Source: a virus
Length of the DNA stretch: 10,208 nucleotides
Direction: 5' to 3' (one strand)
UHGV virus genome: UHGV-0247914
Positions 5,212 to 10,208 of this stretch are shown here, piece after piece; position 1 is the first letter of the stretch, and the number at the start of each line of letters is the position of its first letter. The position numbers and the translations under genes are program-made. Below the pieces are notes generated by a model. The model was not told the DNA's origin and ran no database searches. It saw nothing but the letters and a program-made list of their open reading frames with translations.

Positions 5212-6029
5212 AACCGGGAATTTATTTCGACATCAGCAACGAAGACTACCACGCCGGTGACGGCGTGAGTAAGTCGCAACTGGACATGGTTGCCAAGAAT
5301 CCGGCGCTTCTTAAATGGGTTCAGGCAGCACCAGAAGACGAAGAGAAAAAGTCTGCACTGGATATGGGAACCGCATTGCACTGTCTGCTTCTGGAGCCTG
5401 GAGAATTCGACAAACGCTTCATTGTTTCACCGAAGTTCGATCGTCGGACGAAACAAGGTAAAGCTGACGAAGAAGCATTTCTTCGTGATGTAGCGGATAT
5501 GGGGATTACGGTACTTGATGCCGAGCAGTGGCGGAAACTGGAGCTGATGCGTGATAGCGCAATGGCTCACCCGGCGGCACGCTGGATGCTGGAAGCACCT
5601 GGTTACTGCGAAGCATCAATGTACTGGAACGATGAAGAGACGGGTGAGTTGTGCCGAATTCGTCCAGACAAATGGCTGAACGAGCACAACGTGATCGTCG
5701 ACGTGAAAAAGGTTGCAGATATGGACCGTTTTGCACGTCACATCGAGGAATTCCGCTACCACGTGCAGGACGCAATGTACCGCGAAGGCGCAATGAGGGT
5801 TACTGGTCAGCCGCATGGTTTTTTCTTTCTTGCCGTGAGCGAAAGCATTGATTGTGGTCGGTATCCGGTACGCGTGTTCGGGCTGGATGCGCCGGATGTC
5901 GATGCCGGGCACGCTCTGTTCCGCCGGGATCTGAATACCTATCACGAATGCCGCATCAGCGATGAATGGGGCGGCGTGGAAATTATTAAACGCCCTGAGT
6001 GGGCACGCAAACAGGATATGTACGTATGA
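5208..6029 (+). CDS. PD-(D/E)xK exonuclease (RecE-like, partner of the annealing protein)
   Basis: 273 aa with RPDKW...VIVDVKKVADMD, a PD...D-x-K nuclease core. GAGGGA RBS. ATGA overlaps at both ends (5208-5211 and 6026-6029). Confidence 0.7.
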   Translation: MKPGIYFDISNEDYHAGDGVSKSQLDMVAKNPALLKWVQAAPEDEEKKSALDMGTALHCLLLEPGEFDKRFIVSPKFDRRTKQGKADEEAFLRDVADMGITVLDAEQWRKLELMRDSAMAHPAARWMLEAPGYCEASMYWNDEETGELCRIRPDKWLNEHNVIVDVKKVADMDRFARHIEEFRYHVQDAMYREGAMRVTGQPHGFFFLAVSESIDCGRYPVRVFGLDAPDVDAGHALFRRDLNTYHECRISDEWGGVEIIKRPEWARKQDMYV

Positions 6030-6943
6030 GCAACGAAATTGCAATCACCAATGATGTGTTGGCTATTCGGGGAATCGATGAAGTTACATGGAGCGCTCTG
6101 AAAAACAGTATTTACCCTGGGGCAAAAGATGAATCGGTAATGATGGCAGTCGATTACTGCCGGGCGCGTCAACTCGATCCTCTTCTTAAGCCGGTACACC
6201 TGGTACCAATGAGTGTTAAAGACTCGAAGAGTGGAAAGAATGAATGGCGCGACGTGGTCATGCCTGGCATTGGACTTTATCGCATTCAGGCCTACCGTTC
6301 CGGCGATTACGCAGGCGCTAATGAACCTGAGTTCGGTCCAGATGTAACACAAACGCTTTCAGGCGTGGAGGTTACCTTCCCTCAGTGGTGTAAGTACACC
6401 GTCAGCAAGCGAATGGCAAGCGGGGAAATCGTAGAGTTTAGCGCCAAAGAATACTGGATTGAGAACTATGCAACTGGGGGGCGTGACACATCGGCACCAA
6501 ATGCCATGTGGAAAAAGCGCCCTTATGCGCAGTTGGCAAAATGCGCAGAGGCACAGGCATTACGTAAAGCATGGCCGGAGATTGGTCAACAAGCCACAGC
6601 TGAGGAAATGGAAGGTAAATATATCGACTCACCTGACATTATTGAACGTGACGTAACTCCAAGAAGTCAGGCAAAGCACGGCACAGCATCCAGCATGAAC
6701 AGTCTGATCAACGCTAAACCAGTGAAAAAGCATGATGAGCAAACGCGTAAAGCGGATAGCCGTGATCCAGAAGAAATGCTGATGGCCTTTACCAGCGCAG
6801 CGATGAATTACAGCACTGTCTCCGAACTGGATAAGGCTTACAAATACATTGCACAAAAACTTTCAGATGATGACGAACTGCTGGCAAAAGCCACCGACGT
6901 TTACAGCGTTCGTCGGGAAGAATTAAACGAAACATCTATGTAA
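6026..6943 (+). CDS. RecT/Bet-family single-strand annealing protein
   Basis: Track ORF starts at 5999; ATG 6026 overlaps the upstream stop as ATGA. PGIGLYRIQAYRSGDYAG and MWKKRPYAQLAKCAEAQALRKAWPE resemble conserved RecT/Bet segments as I recall them. Confidence 0.75.
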   Translation: MSNEIAITNDVLAIRGIDEVTWSALKNSIYPGAKDESVMMAVDYCRARQLDPLLKPVHLVPMSVKDSKSGKNEWRDVVMPGIGLYRIQAYRSGDYAGANEPEFGPDVTQTLSGVEVTFPQWCKYTVSKRMASGEIVEFSAKEYWIENYATGGRDTSAPNAMWKKRPYAQLAKCAEAQALRKAWPEIGQQATAEEMEGKYIDSPDIIERDVTPRSQAKHGTASSMNSLINAKPVKKHDEQTRKADSRDPEEMLMAFTSAAMNYSTVSELDKAYKYIAQKLSDDDELLAKATDVYSVRREELNETSM

Positions 6944-6951
6944 CCACCACC

Positions 6952-6970
6952 GCGGCGCCACACGCGCCGC
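6952..6970 (+). other. GC-rich stem-loop between the recT-like and AlpA-like genes
   Basis: GCGGCGC-cacac-GCGCCGC, a perfect 7-bp stem with no following U tract, 22 nt before the next start codon. Confidence 0.4.
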
Positions 6971-6992
6971 ACTGCAACCAAGAGAGGTATTT

Positions 6993-7241
6993 ATGAAAGG
7001 TGCATTAGATAAGAAGAAACTCCTGGCGGTGGTGCCACTGTCATGGAGCACTATCGACCGTATGGAGCGCGCAGGTGAATTTCCTAAACGCTGGTATATC
7101 ACTGACAAACGCTGCGCATGGAACCGTGACGAAGTTGAGCGTTGGCTTGATGAACGTCAGGCAGCAAGCCCGGCAGAGTTCCAGGGTAAAAAGCCTCCTG
7201 TTCAGCAACGTGTATATCGTCCTGTGAGAAACGCTGCATGA
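6993..7241 (+). CDS. AlpA-family phage regulator / excisionase-like HTH protein
   Basis: 82 aa with AGAGAGG RBS. Pattern LSWSTIDRMERAGEFPKRWYITDKRCAWNRDEVERWL fits the AlpA family signature (S-x-ST ... G-x-FP ... R-x-x-W ... EV-x-x-W). Confidence 0.75.
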   Translation: MKGALDKKKLLAVVPLSWSTIDRMERAGEFPKRWYITDKRCAWNRDEVERWLDERQAASPAEFQGKKPPVQQRVYRPVRNAA

Positions 7242-7350
7242 GTGTGCTGCTAAGGCACTGGAGCAAATGGTCAGGATGGTACTTATTCCTGGCCTCTGTT
7301 TCAGCATGGCTTTATCTGCTGGCATTAATTTTCAGAGAGGGTTGGATTAA

Positions 7351-7650
7351 GTGAGAAAGTTAAGCCGACTTGAAAAATATCACATGAACAAGGTTTCAAT
7401 GCGCCGTCCTTCAAAGGTTATCGCCGTTACTCCTGCGGCGATAGAGATCGAAAAACGCGCGATTGAAAGAGAGAAAAAAGGGCAGTTCCGCATTGCCGCT
7501 CACCTTTGGCTTCAGTGTATGGATGTTGCTTCTGGTGATGTTGAACGTGCAAGGATCGCGGTTCGCAGGGACCAATGTATCACAAAAGGTAACGGCCTTC
7601 GCCGTGGCGACTATAGCGGCATAGGATGTTGTGGGGTGGTTTATGACTAA
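7351..7650 (+). CDS. Small regulator-like protein, tentatively PerC/ANR-like
   Basis: GTG start at 7351 with AGAGGG 9 nt upstream; an alternative ATG is at 7384. GQFRIAAHLWLQCMDVASGDVERARIAVRRDQC resembles the helical hairpin of PerC/ANR-type proteins, from memory only. Confidence 0.45.
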   Translation: MRKLSRLEKYHMNKVSMRRPSKVIAVTPAAIEIEKRAIEREKKGQFRIAAHLWLQCMDVASGDVERARIAVRRDQCITKGNGLRRGDYSGIGCCGVVYD

Positions 7651-8293
7651 GAAATACACACTAATCTATGCAGATCCACCCTGGGTATACCGGGACAAAG
7701 CCGCAGATGGTAATCGCGGTGCCGGTTTTAAATATCCGGTTATGAGTGTGCTGGATATCTGCCGCCTTCCTGTGTGGGATTTGGCCGATGAAAACTGTCT
7801 GTTGGCCATGTGGTGGGTGCCAACACAACCACTCGAAGCACTAAAAGTTGTTGAAGCCTGGGGATTCCGTCTGATGACGATGAAGGGCTTCACGTGGATA
7901 AAATGTGGTAGTCGACAACCAGATAAACTGGTTATGGGTATGGTACACATGACTCGCGCCAATAGTGAAGATTGCCTGTTTGCGGTAAAGGGAAAACTAC
8001 CTACGCGCATTAATGCAGGGATCGTTCAGTCATTTACCGCACCGCGGCTTGAGCATTCAAGAAAGCCAGATATCGTTCGTGAAAAACTTGTGCAATTATT
8101 AGGCGATGTTTCTCGCATTGAACTGTTCGCCCGCCAGACGTCTCATGGCTTCGATGTTTGGGGTAATCAGTGCGAAGACCCGGCAGTGCAACTACACCCT
8201 GGATACGCGTTGGATATCGGCGGATTAACAAATGCATTCAGCAATGCTCCGCTGTCACCAACAGACAACCAGGGGCGGGAGCGTGCAGCATGA
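7643..8293 (+). CDS. MT-A70-family N6-adenine methyltransferase
   Basis: DPPW motif in [14 protein letters not shown] near the N-terminus. Preferred start is ATG 7643 (GGGGTGG upstream); the track's GTG 7631 adds four residues. Stop overlaps the phosphatase start as ATGA. Confidence 0.8.
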   Translation: MTKKYTLIYADPPWVYRDKAADGNRGAGFKYPVMSVLDICRLPVWDLADENCLLAMWWVPTQPLEALKVVEAWGFRLMTMKGFTWIKCGSRQPDKLVMGMVHMTRANSEDCLFAVKGKLPTRINAGIVQSFTAPRLEHSRKPDIVREKLVQLLGDVSRIELFARQTSHGFDVWGNQCEDPAVQLHPGYALDIGGLTNAFSNAPLSPTDNQGRERAA

Positions 8294-8949
8294 ACCTATA
8301 TCAACGCATCAATGGCGCTGACTGGTGCAATATCTTCGTCGTCGGCGATCTGCATGGGTGCTACACGCTGCTGATGAACGAACTCGACAAAGTTTCATTC
8401 GACCCGGCGCGCGATTTGCTTATTTCCGTTGGTGACCTTGTTGACCGCGGCGCTGAAAACGTCGAATGCCTGGATTTGATTACTATGCCGTGGTTCCGAG
8501 CTGTTCGTGGCAACCATGAGCAGATGATGCTGGATGCACTGGTCAACGGCGGAAGTTTCGGACATTGGATGTCAAACGGCGGTGGATGGTGGCACCAACT
8601 TGATTCTGAGCAGGATGTGCAACTCAAATACCTTCTGCCAAAGGTTACCAACCTCCCGATGATTATCGAACTGGTTACCGGCAATAAGAAGGTCGTCATC
8701 TGCCACGCAGACTACCCGCACAACGAATACGCATTCGATAAGCCAGTACCGGAAGAAATGGTGATATGGAATCGTGAGCGGGTTAGCGACGCGCAGGACG
8801 GTATTGTCTCGGAGATAACCGGTGCCGATTTGTTCATCTTCGGTCATACGCCAGCACATCACCCACTGGTGTATGCAAACCAAATGTACATCGACACCGG
8901 CGCAGTGTTCTGCGGAAATCTGACGCTTACCAAAGTCCAGGAAGGATAG
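8290..8949 (+). CDS. Ser/Thr protein phosphatase, lambda phosphatase (PPP family) homolog
   Basis: GDLHGC, GDLVDRG and GNHE metallophosphoesterase motifs. Near-colinear with lambda phosphatase as I recall it, with 18 residues before GDLHGC in both. The track's 8170 start is an in-frame upstream extension. RBS GGGAG. Confidence 0.9.
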   Translation: MNLYQRINGADWCNIFVVGDLHGCYTLLMNELDKVSFDPARDLLISVGDLVDRGAENVECLDLITMPWFRAVRGNHEQMMLDALVNGGSFGHWMSNGGGWWHQLDSEQDVQLKYLLPKVTNLPMIIELVTGNKKVVICHADYPHNEYAFDKPVPEEMVIWNRERVSDAQDGIVSEITGADLFIFGHTPAHHPLVYANQMYIDTGAVFCGNLTLTKVQEG

Positions 8950-8951
8950 AA

Positions 8952-10208
8952 TTATTTATTACTGTCTTCCATCCACTTCTCAAACTTCGACGGGGAGAAC
9001 GGAATCAGATCCGTATGCTCCCCGTTAATCCAGGAATCAATCATATCGGCCCACTGCTGCAACATGTAGGCGCGCTGTCTGGCGTATTCCGCTTTGTTAT
9101 ATACGGCGCGCACACCTTTCTGCTCGTGTGCCAGAGCCTTTTCAATCCAGTCTGAAGGATAACCAGCCTCATGCAACAATGTACTGGCTGTACGGCGCAT
9201 ATCATGTACAGTAAAATCCTGAATATGCTCACCATCTTCATTTATTATTTTCACCGTTCTGTCGATCAGAGAGTTCAGCGCGGCATTAGATAATGGCTTC
9301 CGGAAATTGTAACGACCAGGAACCAGATATTCACTTCCACCAGCGCACATCTGCAACCCGACTAATATATCCTGTGCCTGTTTAGGCAGGTAAATAACGT
9401 GCGCCCGACTTCCCTTCATGCGGTCTGAAGGAATTGTCCATGTCCATTTTTTAAAATCTATTTCATCCCACGTTGCATTGGTGAATTCTCCCTTACGAAC
9501 CATGGTGATAAGCACCAGCTTTAAAGCCATTTTCATAGTGCCCATAGCACCAATGGCATCCAGCGTGCGGAAGAACAGGCCAATTTCTTCTGGTGTCAGT
9601 GTTCGCTCTCGTGGTTTAAATATGGCGATAGACGAAGGTTTAATGTCAGCCGCAGGATTAAACAAACCATGACCACGGTCATTGGCGTGACGGTATACGC
9701 TGCTGATGATCTCCCTGGCCTGTACTGCTGTTGCCCGACCACCGCGTTCGACAATCCGGTCACACAAATCACGAACCATTGATGTGGTAATTTCAGCCAT
9801 CATTTTGTTGCCAAGAACCGGAAGTATGTCACGGTCGATCACCGCCTGCTTCATTGCGCGGGTACTGTCAGCCAGGATGACGTGTTTCATATAACTGTCG
9901 GTATGTACCGCAAACGTCTCGGCACCACGAATCTTTTTAATACCGTCACGTTTAGCCGCAGCCGGTGACTGGCCTGCTTTAAGCAGCTTCTTTGCAGCAA
10001 TCAGTTCTTCTCGCGCTTCTGCCAGGCTGATACCGTCACGCCCATACTGCCCGATTACCAGTGTTTCGCGGCGACCGTTGATACGGTAGTCATAGCGAAA
10101 CGAGACCGTGCCTGACGTAAGCACAGCTACATACAGCCCGTCACGATCGGAGACCTTGTACAGTTTGTCCTGCGGCTTGAGGTTTTTTAATTTTGTATCG
10201 GTAAGCAC
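8952..10208 (-). CDS. int: Tyrosine integrase, P4-type; N-terminus at the window edge
   Basis: 418-aa ORF running to the last base of the window. Begins VLTDTKLKNLKPQDKLYKVSDRDGLY, typical of P4-family integrases. The C-terminal half has an R...HxxR...Y catalytic-domain layout (HDMRRT, ALAHEQKG, VYNKAEY). Convergent with the phosphatase gene with a 2-bp gap. Confidence 0.9.
   Translation of the reverse strand: MLTDTKLKNLKPQDKLYKVSDRDGLYVAVLTSGTVSFRYDYRINGRRETLVIGQYGRDGISLAEAREELIAAKKLLKAGQSPAAAKRDGIKKIRGAETFAVHTDSYMKHVILADSTRAMKQAVIDRDILPVLGNKMMAEITTSMVRDLCDRIVERGGRATAVQAREIISSVYRHANDRGHGLFNPAADIKPSSIAIFKPRERTLTPEEIGLFFRTLDAIGAMGTMKMALKLVLITMVRKGEFTNATWDEIDFKKWTWTIPSDRMKGSRAHVIYLPKQAQDILVGLQMCAGGSEYLVPGRYNFRKPLSNAALNSLIDRTVKIINEDGEHIQDFTVHDMRRTASTLLHEAGYPSDWIEKALAHEQKGVRAVYNKAEYARQRAYMLQQWADMIDSWINGEHTDLIPFSPSKFEKWMEDSNK

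Larger units (their letters stand above)
1..10208. mobile_element. Lambdoid prophage segment: accessory, replication, immunity, recombination and integration modules
   Basis: Gene content and order match the lambda early region (cro-like, O-like with iterons, P, repressor, exo/recT-like) and end in a phage tyrosine integrase. Operon structure shows translational coupling and intrinsic terminators. Confidence 0.85.

Noticed and set aside
5181-6352. ORFs 5181..5381, 5290..5493, 5506..5793, 5616..6044, 5651..5851 and 5942..6352 overlapping the exonuclease and recT-like genes
   Set aside because: Overlapping or antisense frames within translationally coupled genes that have recognisable motifs.
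6438-6856. ORFs 6438..6632, 6459..6656 and 6629..6856 within the recT-like gene
   Set aside because: Short frames overlapping the recT-like CDS, in the other strand or an alternative frame, with no start signals.
6923-7325. Minus-strand ORFs 6923..7108 and 7041..7325 antisense to the AlpA-like gene
   Set aside because: Antisense to a gene with a clear AlpA-family signature and a good RBS.
7411-8237. Minus-strand ORFs 7411..7659, 7666..8010 and 8034..8237
   Set aside because: Antisense to the PerC-like and methyltransferase genes. The DPPW methyltransferase reading is far better supported.
8170-8289. In-frame upstream extension of the phosphatase ORF ([10 protein letters not shown]...)
   Set aside because: It overlaps the methyltransferase 3' end in another frame. 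The ATG at 8290 has an RBS, an ATGA overlap, and an N-terminus matching lambda phosphatase in length.
8361-9672. ORFs 8361..8699 and 8572..8883 (antisense to the phosphatase) and 9041..9241, 9418..9672 and 9706..9894 (within or antisense to the integrase)
   Set aside because: Embedded in, or antisense to, two strongly supported genes.
1-10208. CRISPR arrays, tRNA/rRNA genes, IS elements or transposon ends
   Set aside because: No spaced identical repeats beyond those reported, no cloverleaf-like or rRNA-like sequence, and no terminal inverted repeats or transposase-like ORFs were seen.

Overview
The whole window reads as the early/immunity/replication region of a lambdoid prophage from an enterobacterial host, ending in a P4-type tyrosine integrase. 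All calls are from reading the sequence and ORF track by eye; no searches were run. Layout, left to right: three minus-strand accessory genes joined by a conserved 26-bp junction repeat; a lambda P homolog (helicase loader); an O-like replication initiator with an iteron array inside its coding sequence; a small Cys/His-rich ORF; a Cro-like regulator; a divergent operator region; a tandem-HTH repressor; a terminator and PL-like promoter; then a plus-strand operon (RecE-like exonuclease, RecT/Bet-family protein, AlpA-family regulator, PerC-like ORF, MT-A70 methyltransferase, lambda-type Ser/Thr phosphatase) converging on the integrase. The most interesting signal is a 15-bp palindrome, TTACC-N5-GGTAA, found at eight places and only in regulatory intergenic DNA, including a third putative repressor-controlled promoter in front of the accessory cassette. 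No rRNA, tRNA, CRISPR array or IS element was seen.
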